A program made the translations under genes and the position numbers. This document shows positions 39,102 to 49,163 of a stretch of DNA of 64,000 bases, in pieces. The stretch's first letter is position 1; each line of letters begins with the position of its first letter. Origin of the DNA: an uncultured Leptospirales bacterium (GTDB taxonomy: Bacteria; Spirochaetota; UBA4802; UBA5550); contig CAZEJW010000003.1 in the NCBI GenBank assembly GCA_964512685.1, forward strand, positions 3,168 to 67,167. The letters run 5' to 3'. The notes under the pieces were generated by a model. The model was not told the DNA's origin. It made no database searches and saw only the letters and a program-made list of their open reading frames with translations.

Positions 39102-39623
39102 ATGGTTAAAAGAGATGACAACAAATCAAAATTCTCACTTGCAGGAAAGGCCATCCTCATGACCGCGGGTCTGCTGGCGGGCTTTATAATAGGAAGGATT
39201 TTCATAACCCCATACACAGTCCAGAATGAATCAATGCTGCCCGGCCTTGCCCCGGGAGATACTGTTTTCATACTTAAAACATCAACCCCCAAAAGAGGTG
39301 ACATTATACTTTTCCAAAGCCCTGTTCAGAATTCAAGAGTGATGCTTAAAAGAGTGACTGCTGTTGAAAATGAAACAATTGAAATCAGAAACCAAGTGAT
39401 CTACATAAACAACAAACTTTTTGCTCCACCATGGAAAACAAAAAAGAGTAAAGGAAGAATCCTGCCAATGACTTTTACCGGGCGAGACAGCATCCCAACA
39501 GTAAAAATCGGAAATGATGAATTGTTTGTTATGGGAGACAACCAGGGAAAAAGCTATGACAGCAGAGAATTCGGGCCGGTAAAAAGAAATCTTGTGATTG
39601 GAACAGTTCTTTACAAATTCTGA
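39102..39623 (+). CDS. lepB: signal peptidase I
   Basis: S26 boxes: SMLPGLAPGD (Ser), KRVTAVENE (Lys), GDNQGKSYDSREFGPV. Confidence 0.85.
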   Translation: MVKRDDNKSKFSLAGKAILMTAGLLAGFIIGRIFITPYTVQNESMLPGLAPGDTVFILKTSTPKRGDIILFQSPVQNSRVMLKRVTAVENETIEIRNQVIYINNKLFAPPWKTKKSKGRILPMTFTGRDSIPTVKIGNDELFVMGDNQGKSYDSREFGPVKRNLVIGTVLYKF

Positions 39624-39771
39624 CAGACCCTGACCTTCAGGCTTTTTGGTTGACATCTCCATTTCATTGATCATAATAAAGACTCCCCGATATCCTTATA
39701 TAAACCAGAGAGGACAAAGCGGAAGATACAGATATACGGGTATTAAATCTACCCGAAAACCCGGAGGCACG

Positions 39772-42261
39772 ATGAAGGCTATAATTATGGCCGGAGGAGA
39801 AGGGACAAGACTGCGCCCCCTTACCTGCAACAGGCCAAAACCCATGATACCAGTTATTAACAGGCCCGTTATAGAACATGCTGTAAATCTCTTGAAAAAG
39901 TATAATATCACTGATATCACCATATCACTTTTTTACCTGCCCGAAAACATTCAGAACTATTTCGGTGACGGTTCCGAGTGGGATGTGAATATCAGGTATT
40001 CTGTTGAAGAAACCCCTCTTGGAACAGCCGGAGGTGTAAAACAGGCAGCAGGGATTGCCGATGATACCATAATTGTATTAAGTGGTGATGGGATCATTGA
40101 TTTTGATCTGAACAATATAATCGACTTTCACAGGGGAAAGAAATCGCCATTTACCATTGTTCTCAACCATGTAAAAAAACCTACAGATTATGGAATAGTT
40201 ATAACAGATGAAAACAGCAGAATAGAAAAATTCCTCGAAAAACCCTCGTGGAGCGAGGTATTCACTGACACCGCAAACACAGGGATGTATGTAATCGAAC
40301 CTGAAATTATCAACAACCACATTCCAGGCTCTGTCAAATATGATTTTTCACTGGACCTCTTCCCTCTCCTGCAGGAAAAAGATGTACCTCTTTATGGATA
40401 TACAGCAGACGGGTACTGGTGTGATGTAGGAAATCTAATATCATACGGTGATGTTCACAGAGAGATTCTGGATGGACTTGTAAAGATCGATCTGCCCGGG
40501 AAAAAAATAGCAAAAGATATATGGGTGGGCAAAGATTTCGATATACATCCCGAAGCAGTTATAACCGGACCGGCATATATTGGAAATTTTGTTAAGATTA
40601 AAAAAGGAGTCGAAATATCCGAAGCCACTGTAATCGGAGACAATTGCATTATTGAAGAAAATGCATCTGTCAAAAGAAGCATCATTCTTCACAGCACAAT
40701 AATCGGCCCCAAATGTGAACTGCGTGGTGCCATAATCGGAAAAAGATGTGTACTGGAAGAGGGAGTCTCCATATATGAAGGTGCTGTCACCAGTGATGAC
40801 TGCCGAATTGGTATGGGAGTTGAAATTCCGGCAGGAATTAGAGTATGGCCTGATAAAATGATCGAACAGGGCACACGCCTGACCACGGATCTGATATGGG
40901 GGCAGCAGGAAAAGAAGACAGTTTTCAGCACTGAAGGAGTTGTTGGGACTTTCAATGTAAAGATAACACCTGAGTTTTCATCCAAACTCGGTTCAGCCAT
41001 TGGGGCCTTTCTGGGCAAAAACGCAAAAGTCATCGTCAGTCGCGACCCTACCTCTGCCGCAAGACTGATTCAGCATGCATTTGAAGCCGGTATTCTTTCG
41101 ATGGGTGTGGATGTTTATGACATGGAAATAGAGTCTGTTCCAATAAACAGATACTCTACCCGCTTTATTAATGCTGACATGGGGATTTACATTCAGATTT
41201 CACCACTTACCGGTCTCCAGTTCATCCAGATAAGGCTCTTTGACAAATACGGTTTCCAGCTCTCACTCAAGGATGAAAAAAAGATAGAGAATATATTCTT
41301 CAGAGGAGATTACCCCAGAAAAGATGCTTTTGAAACCGGTAAACTTATATATCCGACTCATAATATTCAGTCTTATATCAGCAACATCAAGAACTACATA
41401 AATGCCGAAATTCTGAGAAACAGAAAATGGAAGGTCATTGTTGACTGTTTCAATGGAACAGCATCGCATGTATTCCCTGATCTCCTTGATTCATTTGGCT
41501 GTGAAACCACCATCCTCAGGGGACAGATAAAGGAATTTAACAGTGAGGAAAACACTCGTTTTGAAACGAGAAAGGCGCTCCGAAACATTATCAAAATGTC
41601 CCGTATAAACAGGGAAATAGGAGTGATTCTTGGACCTCACGGCACACAGTTAACAGTAATCGATGAAATGGGAAACATCCTTACCGGCGATAATATAAGC
41701 GCCATGCTCTGTCTTTACTATATTAAATACAAAAATGAAAAAATAATAAATATACCGGTTACCACCTCAAGGGTGATAGAGAAAATCATTATTGAAAACG
41801 GCGGTACCGCCAATCGTATCAGCTCCAAAATGAGAGCGCCAGATGGCATGACTGATATTTTCCTGGCTGATGAATCCGGAAGATACCCTTACCTCGAACA
41901 GATTTTTGATCCCATGATCACCTTCCTGAGAATACTGAAGTTTCTCACTTTAGAAAATGTATCCCTTCATGAAATTAAGGAGAGACTCCCCGCCAGTAAT
42001 ATAATAAACACATCCCTTCACTGCACAATGGATGAAAAGGCTCTCATCATGAGAATGCTCACAACAGATTCTGCCGGAAGGGAGATTGAGATGATCGACG
42101 GTATAAAAATAACAGAAAACAATGCATGGGTACTTATCCTGCCTGATGCGGCCCAGCCACTGGTACATCTTTATGCAGAGGGAGAGACTAGCACAGACAG
42201 AGACAGAATAATCGAAGAATACACTGTAAAAATAAAGAAATTCAAAAACACAATTCAATAA
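39772..42261 (+). CDS. NDP-sugar pyrophosphorylase / LbH / phosphohexomutase-like fusion protein
   Basis: MKAIIMAGGEGTRLRPLT nucleotidyltransferase signature, hexapeptide-repeat region, then a four-domain PGM/PMM-like C-terminal half; GGAGG precedes the ATG at 39772. Confidence 0.8.
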   Translation: MKAIIMAGGEGTRLRPLTCNRPKPMIPVINRPVIEHAVNLLKKYNITDITISLFYLPENIQNYFGDGSEWDVNIRYSVEETPLGTAGGVKQAAGIADDTIIVLSGDGIIDFDLNNIIDFHRGKKSPFTIVLNHVKKPTDYGIVITDENSRIEKFLEKPSWSEVFTDTANTGMYVIEPEIINNHIPGSVKYDFSLDLFPLLQEKDVPLYGYTADGYWCDVGNLISYGDVHREILDGLVKIDLPGKKIAKDIWVGKDFDIHPEAVITGPAYIGNFVKIKKGVEISEATVIGDNCIIEENASVKRSIILHSTIIGPKCELRGAIIGKRCVLEEGVSIYEGAVTSDDCRIGMGVEIPAGIRVWPDKMIEQGTRLTTDLIWGQQEKKTVFSTEGVVGTFNVKITPEFSSKLGSAIGAFLGKNAKVIVSRDPTSAARLIQHAFEAGILSMGVDVYDMEIESVPINRYSTRFINADMGIYIQISPLTGLQFIQIRLFDKYGFQLSLKDEKKIENIFFRGDYPRKDAFETGKLIYPTHNIQSYISNIKNYINAEILRNRKWKVIVDCFNGTASHVFPDLLDSFGCETTILRGQIKEFNSEENTRFETRKALRNIIKMSRINREIGVILGPHGTQLTVIDEMGNILTGDNISAMLCLYYIKYKNEKIINIPVTTSRVIEKIIIENGGTANRISSKMRAPDGMTDIFLADESGRYPYLEQIFDPMITFLRILKFLTLENVSLHEIKERLPASNIINTSLHCTMDEKALIMRMLTTDSAGREIEMIDGIKITENNAWVLILPDAAQPLVHLYAEGETSTDRDRIIEEYTVKIKKFKNTIQ

Positions 42262-42272
42262 AGGATTAAAGA

Positions 42273-43385
42273 ATGCAGCAATCAATTAACCGTGAAAGAC
42301 TAATCAGAACGTTTACAGAACTTGCGGAAATATCCTCTCCTTCATGGAAAGAGAAGGAAGTGATGAACTATATTGTAAAAAAATTCAGAGAACTTGATAT
42401 AAAGCACAAAAAATTCAGGTGTGGGAAATCATTCAACCTTCTTGGATATTTCCCAGGTGAAAAATCCTCAGAACCAATAATCCTTTCGGCTCATATGGAC
42501 ACAGTTGTCCCCTGTGAGAAAGTCACCCCAATCATTACAGAAAAAAAAATCACCTCTGACGGAACCACAATTCTCGGAAGTGATGACAAGGCGGCAATAG
42601 CCATGTTTCTTGAAGCGGTTGAAGTGATCAGGGAAAACAACATCCCTCACGGACCTTTGGAAATTCTCATTACCTGCGCCGAAGAACAGGGGCTTCAGGG
42701 TATAAAAAATTTCAACACTAATATACTTAAATCAAAAATGGCTTTTGTCTTTGACAGCGATGGCCCCGTTGGACGAATTGTTTCAAAAGCTGCATATCAC
42801 TCATCACTTGAAATAACCATTAACGGCAAGGCCTCTCATGCAGGGATGGCACCGGAAAAAGGGATAAATGCAATAACGGCTCTTGCTGAAATTATTTCAC
42901 TACTCCCTGCCGGACGTATTGATGAAGAAACAACCATCAATACCGGACTCATCACAGGCGGGAAAGCAACAAACATTGTACCGGATCAGGCATGGTGCAA
43001 ACTGGAGATAAGATCTATAAATGAAAAAAAAATGTTATCAATTGAAAAAAACATAAAACAAACCGTTAAAACAATAACATCAAAACATAAAGCAAAATTC
43101 ACAATCAAAAGAAAACTCGAATACCCCGGATTTACAATTGCTCCTGAAAGCAGAATCTCAAAAACAGCAGAATTGGCTATGAAAAGAATTAAACTCAAGC
43201 CGGTTTTCGTATCCTCCGGAGGAGGCAGTGATACAAATATTCTGAACAAGGCAGGAATAGCTGCCATCAATCTTTCATGCGGAATGCAGAAAGTTCATTC
43301 AAATGATGAATTTATAACGATCAAAGATCTGATTAAAGGCGCAGAACTCACTCTTTCAATAATTCAATCAGTTCATTCTGATTAA
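42273..43385 (+). CDS. M20/M25/M40 family metallopeptidase (PepT-like)
   Basis: HMDTV, GSDDKAAIA, CAEEQGLQG metal/catalytic blocks; 370 aa. Confidence 0.8.
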   Translation: MQQSINRERLIRTFTELAEISSPSWKEKEVMNYIVKKFRELDIKHKKFRCGKSFNLLGYFPGEKSSEPIILSAHMDTVVPCEKVTPIITEKKITSDGTTILGSDDKAAIAMFLEAVEVIRENNIPHGPLEILITCAEEQGLQGIKNFNTNILKSKMAFVFDSDGPVGRIVSKAAYHSSLEITINGKASHAGMAPEKGINAITALAEIISLLPAGRIDEETTINTGLITGGKATNIVPDQAWCKLEIRSINEKKMLSIEKNIKQTVKTITSKHKAKFTIKRKLEYPGFTIAPESRISKTAELAMKRIKLKPVFVSSGGGSDTNILNKAGIAAINLSCGMQKVHSNDEFITIKDLIKGAELTLSIIQSVHSD

Positions 43386-43820
43386 GGATACAATAAAGTA
43401 TGCACCGCTAAGAACAGTTATAGGAACTGTAAAAAAATAAATAGCAAGATCCTTCATGGAAAAAATTGACTTTTCATATATCTTTTTACCAAAAAAAGAA
43501 TAGTGGTAATTGGCAGGATCTCTCATTTTACTAAAAAGAGATAATAACATTTTCGTTTTAATAATAAGCATAAATATAAAAAGTATTCCGCTCGCAACAA
43601 GTACAATCAATTCTTTTTTAAGAGACCCTATTATCATAGGGTCTCTCATAACGAGAAGAACCATGGAAATTGCCAGTGATATATTTGTAAACGCTGTACC
43701 CAGAAAACCGTAAAAATCCCTGTTCTGTTTTGATGAAATATAATCTATCAGAAAAAGAATATGCAGGAGGAAGGAAACCTCAAAAGCGAAGATCAGTATA
43801 GTGATTGCGTTATATTTCAT
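43368..43820 (-). CDS. hypothetical integral membrane protein
   Basis: 150 aa with about four hydrophobic helices. Confidence 0.5.
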   Translation of the reverse strand: MKYNAITILIFAFEVSFLLHILFLIDYISSKQNRDFYGFLGTAFTNISLAISMVLLVMRDPMIIGSLKKELIVLVASGILFIFMLIIKTKMLLSLFSKMRDPANYHYSFFGKKIYEKSIFSMKDLAIYFFTVPITVLSGAYFIVSLIRMN

Positions 43821-44163
43821 ATTATATAGGTCTGAAAATTATAGATCAGTAGTGAAATAAATTCACACACCTGAACATTGTCCAATATTTTTTTAAAAAA
43901 ATTGATCACTTACTATAAAAACGGTAGTTTCAAAAATTTACAGGAAATTTCAAAATTTTTACAAGTAAGTATGAGCATTGCGGAACAAAAACTTATCAGT
44001 AAAGAAAGCTAGCCGATATTCCGCCACAAGACATTCACAAAAAACAGCAAGATGCTCCAGCCGCCTTAATCGGCTTGAAGCTTTTCTTTATAATTTTTTT
44101 TAAACTTAATGCAGTCCCCACCGGGAATTCCTTTTAAGAACGGATTCCTGACCGGTCATGAGT

Positions 44164-44898
44164 TTAACGAGAGGCGTAATATTGTGTGGTTTCTTTAATA
44201 AGCTGTTTTACAGTTTCCACAACAAAAGGGTCTTTACTGTCCTTACAGTAAATATACTGATTTATTACAGGACTTTCTTTTACTGCTCCAAGATGTCTGA
44301 AAACAACCTCAAAGACCAGATCTGCTCCGGTTACCTGATTATAAGAAAATGAATACTTCACTCTCACCAGAGTGGGATCATCAAGATCATGCTTCGAAAC
44401 AGTAAATCCCTGTCTCCATTTTTTTACATTTTCTGAATTTTTCATTATAACCCGAAGGTAATCAATACCCTCCAGATTTTTGGATACCGCACCCTGTTTT
44501 CCCTCCAAAAGGTCTTGCTTCAATTTTTTAAACTGAGCCGGAGAACAGAATTTTTCAGGTCTTGCCTCATACTTTGGTCTTTTTTTATCTACAAACCAGT
44601 GAACAACAAAATCGACCTTCCCATCTGAATTTGTATCTTTGTAGAGAAGGATCTCCCTTTCATTTGCACTGAATTTTCCTTCGACATAATTACATTCTGT
44701 TCCAATGCACTGGAGAAAACTATAGTCTTCATATGTTGATGGAACCGGAAGTTTTCTCATATTTCCGATACTCACATTTATCTTTGGTTCATATTTACCT
44801 GATGCAATATTTGACTGAATCTTTGAATTGGAAAACAACATACCGGAAATAAAAATCAAGCAGGTGATAAAAACAATAGATGCAGTGATTTTCTTCAT
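44164..44898 (-). CDS. hypothetical secreted protein
   Basis: 244 aa with an N-terminal signal sequence; no recognisable domain. Confidence 0.55.
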   Translation of the reverse strand: MKKITASIVFITCLIFISGMLFSNSKIQSNIASGKYEPKINVSIGNMRKLPVPSTYEDYSFLQCIGTECNYVEGKFSANEREILLYKDTNSDGKVDFVVHWFVDKKRPKYEARPEKFCSPAQFKKLKQDLLEGKQGAVSKNLEGIDYLRVIMKNSENVKKWRQGFTVSKHDLDDPTLVRVKYSFSYNQVTGADLVFEVVFRHLGAVKESPVINQYIYCKDSKDPFVVETVKQLIKETTQYYASR

Positions 44899-45044
44899 AT
44901 AAAAACTCCTGATTTATGCAATAGTGATTTGATTCTGATCATTATTTCCTTATCAAACTATTTTTTTACAATAATTAATCAAGCTCTTTTCAGTTTTTTT
45001 TGATCAAAGCTCTTTACCATGATTTACATAAGTAATTTCAGTGA

Positions 45045-45082
45045 CATATAATAAAACAGAATGCCCCCTGACAGGGGCATTC
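45045..45082 (-). terminator. rho-independent terminator after the FecR-domain gene
   Basis: 9-bp GC-rich stem GAATGCCCC/GGGGCATTC (45059-45067 / 45074-45082) followed on the minus strand by TGTTTTATTAT. Confidence 0.75.
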
Positions 45083-45098
45083 GAATCTGAATTTCTTA

Positions 45099-46190
45099 TC
45101 AGAGGTTGTCCCCGGTCTCCGAATCCAACCGGTTCATTTTACCCTGTGAAAACACATGAACTTCATTCTCCTGAAGAACCAGTTTACCATCATTAGGCAG
45201 TTTTTTTCTCCAGAGTACCGGGCCATCACTTGTAGCACAAAACACATAATCTCCCGAGGCAATAAAAAGCTTATCACCCTTCTTAACCGGTTTGCTTACC
45301 ACTCTGCCTTCCCACATAACCCGACCATTTTTTATAAAATAAATTTCGTATCTGGTGACAAGAAGCCTTCCTTCAGGTTTTGGCTTTTCCTTTTCTTCTT
45401 TGATAACCCTGACAATTTTCCTGATAACAGGTGCCGGTTTCTCCATTACCTGAATAATCTCTTTGTTCTCTTTAACAAAATCCGTTGCTGCAAATTTTAC
45501 AATAGACTTTTGGGGTACTTCAATCTGTTTTACTGTCTTTTTAATTAAGTCAGCAATCTCAATTCCCTTATTTTCCGATGCGCTTTCTTCTTTCAGTACC
45601 CTTTCAACAATTTTCTCTGCATCCTTGACTTCCTTTTCTGTAATAACGACCTTCTCTTTTTCTGAAAGAACCGGGGCGACCTCAAGGACTTTATCAACAC
45701 TCCCCTCGAATTGTTTGACCCTCCTGGCGATCTTTACCTTACCGTCAAAAACCTTGATTCGTGTGGTTCTTTTAATATCAGCCTCAACAATAAATCTGGT
45801 TCCTCTCACCCCGGCAACCGCAGTTGGTGTTTTTACCAGAAAGCTTTCTGATTTAAGCAGCTTTTTAGGCTTACATAACATTTTCCCCACATCCAGACCA
45901 AGCTCGGTTCTTTCAAGCTTATCAGAATGAATTAGTTTTGCCATGAGAACTCTGGATTTCTCTTTTATTCTCAGTATCGACTCACCGATTTTCACGTCAC
46001 AGAAAGACTCGCCTCCGGTGACAATCCTGTCATTCTCTTTTACAATATCCCCGATTTCGATCTCAGCATTATTCAGTGTAACATCCCCTATCAAGAAAGT
46101 GACAGTTGCATATTCTTCAGACTCCTGTCTTGAGCACCCTGGCAACAGTGTAAAAGCTGTAATAATTCCAATAACAATAAGTCTTTTCAT
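45099..46190 (-). CDS. FecR-domain lipoprotein
   Basis: Lipobox L-P-G-C; FecR-like block (GDIVKENDRIVTGGESFCDVKIG ... VKTPTAVAGVRGTRFIV). Confidence 0.75.
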   Translation of the reverse strand: MKRLIVIGIITAFTLLPGCSRQESEEYATVTFLIGDVTLNNAEIEIGDIVKENDRIVTGGESFCDVKIGESILRIKEKSRVLMAKLIHSDKLERTELGLDVGKMLCKPKKLLKSESFLVKTPTAVAGVRGTRFIVEADIKRTTRIKVFDGKVKIARRVKQFEGSVDKVLEVAPVLSEKEKVVITEKEVKDAEKIVERVLKEESASENKGIEIADLIKKTVKQIEVPQKSIVKFAATDFVKENKEIIQVMEKPAPVIRKIVRVIKEEKEKPKPEGRLLVTRYEIYFIKNGRVMWEGRVVSKPVKKGDKLFIASGDYVFCATSDGPVLWRKKLPNDGKLVLQENEVHVFSQGKMNRLDSETGDNL

Positions 46191-46545
46191 ATCAAACCTC
46201 CTGGTTCCTGCATATACATTTCAACTTAGGATTTAAAAACTATAATCCATATAGCACAACATTCTTAAATATTAATACCTGAGAGTAACAGCATAATGTA
46301 AATTAATCCACAAAAATAGTGATTATTTCAACAGTTTATACCTGAAACCATTACATCATATTGCTTCTGCAGCATAGAGAATCTTCCCACTGCAAAAAAA
46401 CAACTGCCGTCATAAAAAAAGACGATTCAGTATTAAACTTTTTTACAGCAAAATATTCACTCAGCCCCATTTTCAAAACCATGGGGGAGAATAATCTCCT
46501 TTCATTTTTCAGAAAATATTTTTTTTAATTAATACTGGATTATTT

Positions 46546-46583
46546 ATTACAAATCTTCTTTTCTTGAAAAGTAGATTTGTAAT
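46546..46583. promoter_or_regulatory. 38-nt near-perfect palindrome in a divergent intergenic region
   Basis: ATTACAAATCT-T-CTTTT-CTTG-AAAAG-T-AGATTTGTAAT: 16 paired positions with one T/T mismatch. Confidence 0.35.
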
Positions 46584-46721
46584 ATTTTGACATTACTGAC
46601 TCAATACATTTTTCAAGAAAATATAATCAGTCTCATCTCTATGCAGCAACCGAATGCAATGGATTTTTTTAATAATCTTTACACTTAATCCGGATATCAA
46701 CATATGAAAGGGAGCAGCAAA

Positions 46722-47984
46722 ATGATAAATAAAATACTTACATCATCGGCAATTGGTGATGCACTTGGAACTCAAATGGAGGGAATGAGTAAAGCCCATA
46801 TTGCCGCCTCATTTAAAAACATACAGACTTATCCTGACAACCTTGCCGCTTTAAAAGGAAAAGTACACAGATGGTCAAAACCCGGATTATACTCCTCCAT
46901 AACACAAATTCAGCTTCTCACTCTTTTTTCTTTCAAAAGGAACCGGTTCAATTATAAATCATTCATTTCCACTCTGAAAAACCTGCCTGAGGTACAGAAC
47001 CATGAATATTCTATCCTGAGGCACCCCGGAAGGATTGAAAAAAATTTTTTATCCAGAATCAAAACACATGAAGCCATAACTGCTGTGTCATCATCACCCT
47101 CATCATCGATAATGCCTTCATGTGCATTATTCTCATTCACCGAAAAAGGATATGAAATCCAGGCTGATAATGTTCTATCTTTTGTCAGAGAATTCACTCA
47201 TGATATTTCAACACTGTGCGGCGCTCTTTTTCTAGTAAAACTAATCTCAGGGAGAATTCATACATCCCCACATAATGACAACATACTCACGGCAGCGATC
47301 AGCGCAAGCAAAGAAACAGAAAAATATATTAAAGATAAATCTCCAGTATTTTTTGATCTTGGGATGAATCCTGATTATGTCTCTGCAGAGCAGTCAGCGT
47401 TTACAGAAATTTTCGAAAATTGCATGACTGCCGTCTCTGAAGACAAAGCAGAGGAAATCATATGCAGTTTTTTGAACCGGAGACTAAAGACACCGGTAAA
47501 AAGAGCAACTGTTGATCATCCTCTTGCGATTATTCCATTTTCTGTTTTTCTATGCAGCCGATCCTTTAATCACGAAGAAAATATACTGTTTCATGCTGCG
47601 AGGAACGGAGGCAGTTCGGCAGCACTGGCATCCCTCACAGGAATTCTTGCATCCTGCTTTATAAAGGACTTTGACATCCCCCAAAAACTCTTGGACGACC
47701 TTGTAAACCGCAAGAGAATCCTGGCATTAACGGAATCCCTTTCCGAAATGAACGGTTCAGATAAATTGATGAGAGATTTTATCGAAACAGAGGCAATGCT
47801 CACCACTAAAGAAATCGAAGAACTTTCTGCACGTACAAAACACATTAAAACAACAGACGTGAAGAAAAGAAGAAACAGAACTGATAAGGAAAACGACCTT
47901 ACAAAAATCACAGTTGAAAGCTGGACCAAACTCGACAAAGCAAAGTGGAGAAAAGAGCAAAAGAGAATAATACCGGAAGAATGA
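46722..47984 (+). CDS. ADP-ribosylglycohydrolase family protein, probably non-catalytic
   Basis: N-terminal AIGDALGTQMEG family signature; AGGGAG precedes the ATG at 46722; canonical acidic metal-ligand motifs are substituted (see findings). Confidence 0.65.
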   Translation: MINKILTSSAIGDALGTQMEGMSKAHIAASFKNIQTYPDNLAALKGKVHRWSKPGLYSSITQIQLLTLFSFKRNRFNYKSFISTLKNLPEVQNHEYSILRHPGRIEKNFLSRIKTHEAITAVSSSPSSSIMPSCALFSFTEKGYEIQADNVLSFVREFTHDISTLCGALFLVKLISGRIHTSPHNDNILTAAISASKETEKYIKDKSPVFFDLGMNPDYVSAEQSAFTEIFENCMTAVSEDKAEEIICSFLNRRLKTPVKRATVDHPLAIIPFSVFLCSRSFNHEENILFHAARNGGSSAALASLTGILASCFIKDFDIPQKLLDDLVNRKRILALTESLSEMNGSDKLMRDFIETEAMLTTKEIEELSARTKHIKTTDVKKRRNRTDKENDLTKITVESWTKLDKAKWRKEQKRIIPEE

Positions 47985-48111
47985 TTTATACAAATATAAG
48001 TAGACCTGTTCAAGATAAAATATTTGACAAAAAGCACTTGTAAATTCTATAATAACTGAAGGAAATTATAAACAAGATAATCCACAGGCTTCTTGTATCA
48101 TGGAGGAATAC

Positions 48112-49095
48112 ATGGTTTACCATAAAAGAAAAAAAGTTTTTTTGCTGGTTCTCATTGCGGTCATCTTCACAATTACAGATGGTTTTTCCAAAAGAATCAT
48201 ATATGAACTCATAGACCTTCAGAAAATATCAAGATATAATGAAGATCGAGTTGTTTTTCAGCACATTGAGAAAACACCTGTTGAATATGAGCCTGATGAA
48301 ACAGACAATTCCATTGCCTCACTCCTGGTGATAAAAGATTCAAGAATGTATCTTTTCAAAGATGGATACGACAATCCGCAGGAAGTTATAACCAAAATGA
48401 AAATACTTGAAATGGAGAATCAGCTGATACCGGACCTCTGGAAGAATAAGATTGACGGGAATCCTGACTACATGCTTAAAACCGACAGGAGAGTTGAGGT
48501 TCTGAAAAAAGTCATCAGTTTTGACAAGGCAGAGGGAGAAAAAAATCTTTCAAAAAATTTTACCGATTTCTACAACAACATCAAGATTGCTTTCATAAAA
48601 AAACATGTAGATACTTTCAGGGCGCTCATGATAAACAGAAGAGAATCAGGGCTCCAGGTCGTGAGGAAGCCCCTTCCCAAAAGAGTATCATATAGCGGTA
48701 CCACCCGTTATTTTACATCAGCAAGCGCGAAAACAATTGATGAAAAACTCTATTATGCTGAAGATGCTGATGGTGACGGTATCACAGAAACCTTCAAAGT
48801 ATCAATTCCTGACGGCTTTCACTGGGGATTCAAGTCAGGTCCCAATATCATCTTTATTTATGGATGCAAATACAAGACAGCTGACAATAAGGATAAAAAT
48901 GCAGAAATTAAAAATCTGATTGGTGATCTGGCAAAGGATGCCTATTACGGAACACCTGAAGAAGAGAAAATCATGAAGGATACATTCCTGCAGGAAGACA
49001 AAATCAACAACATGATTCAGGATATCTACAGGCTTCATCCTGATCATCAGAAGCTTCTCGATCAAAACAAGCCTGCAGCAACAACCACAAAATAG
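48112..49095 (+). CDS. hypothetical secreted/membrane-anchored protein
   Basis: GGAGG 5 nt upstream of the ATG at 48112; N-terminal hydrophobic segment; no recognisable domain. Confidence 0.55.
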   Translation: MVYHKRKKVFLLVLIAVIFTITDGFSKRIIYELIDLQKISRYNEDRVVFQHIEKTPVEYEPDETDNSIASLLVIKDSRMYLFKDGYDNPQEVITKMKILEMENQLIPDLWKNKIDGNPDYMLKTDRRVEVLKKVISFDKAEGEKNLSKNFTDFYNNIKIAFIKKHVDTFRALMINRRESGLQVVRKPLPKRVSYSGTTRYFTSASAKTIDEKLYYAEDADGDGITETFKVSIPDGFHWGFKSGPNIIFIYGCKYKTADNKDKNAEIKNLIGDLAKDAYYGTPEEEKIMKDTFLQEDKINNMIQDIYRLHPDHQKLLDQNKPAATTTK

Positions 49096-49106
49096 AATAA
49101 AATAAA

Positions 49107-49139
49107 CGTGTAAGAAGCAGATTCTATGCTTCCTGCACG
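49107..49139. terminator. hairpin between convergent genes (possible bidirectional terminator)
   Basis: 13-position stem CGTGTAAGAAGCA/TGCTTCCTGCACG with one mismatch and one G-U, 7-nt loop. Confidence 0.45.
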
Positions 49140-49163
49140 TAATATTTCACTGTTAAAAATATT

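Noticed and set aside
39646-39771. N-terminal 42-codon extension of the nucleotidyltransferase ORF (similar extensions at 12888-12947, 9698-9733, 1660-1710, 22248-22286, 29564-29596)
   Set aside because: Internal ATGs coincide with the conserved family N-termini and have better Shine-Dalgarno sequences. The extensions overlap upstream genes or lack an RBS.
45463-45930. 155-aa plus-strand ORF (also 45156-45548 and 45943-46236)
   Set aside because: It is antisense to the FecR-domain gene, which has clear family motifs. It is Ser/Leu/Phe-rich junk typical of the antisense of Lys/Glu-rich coding.
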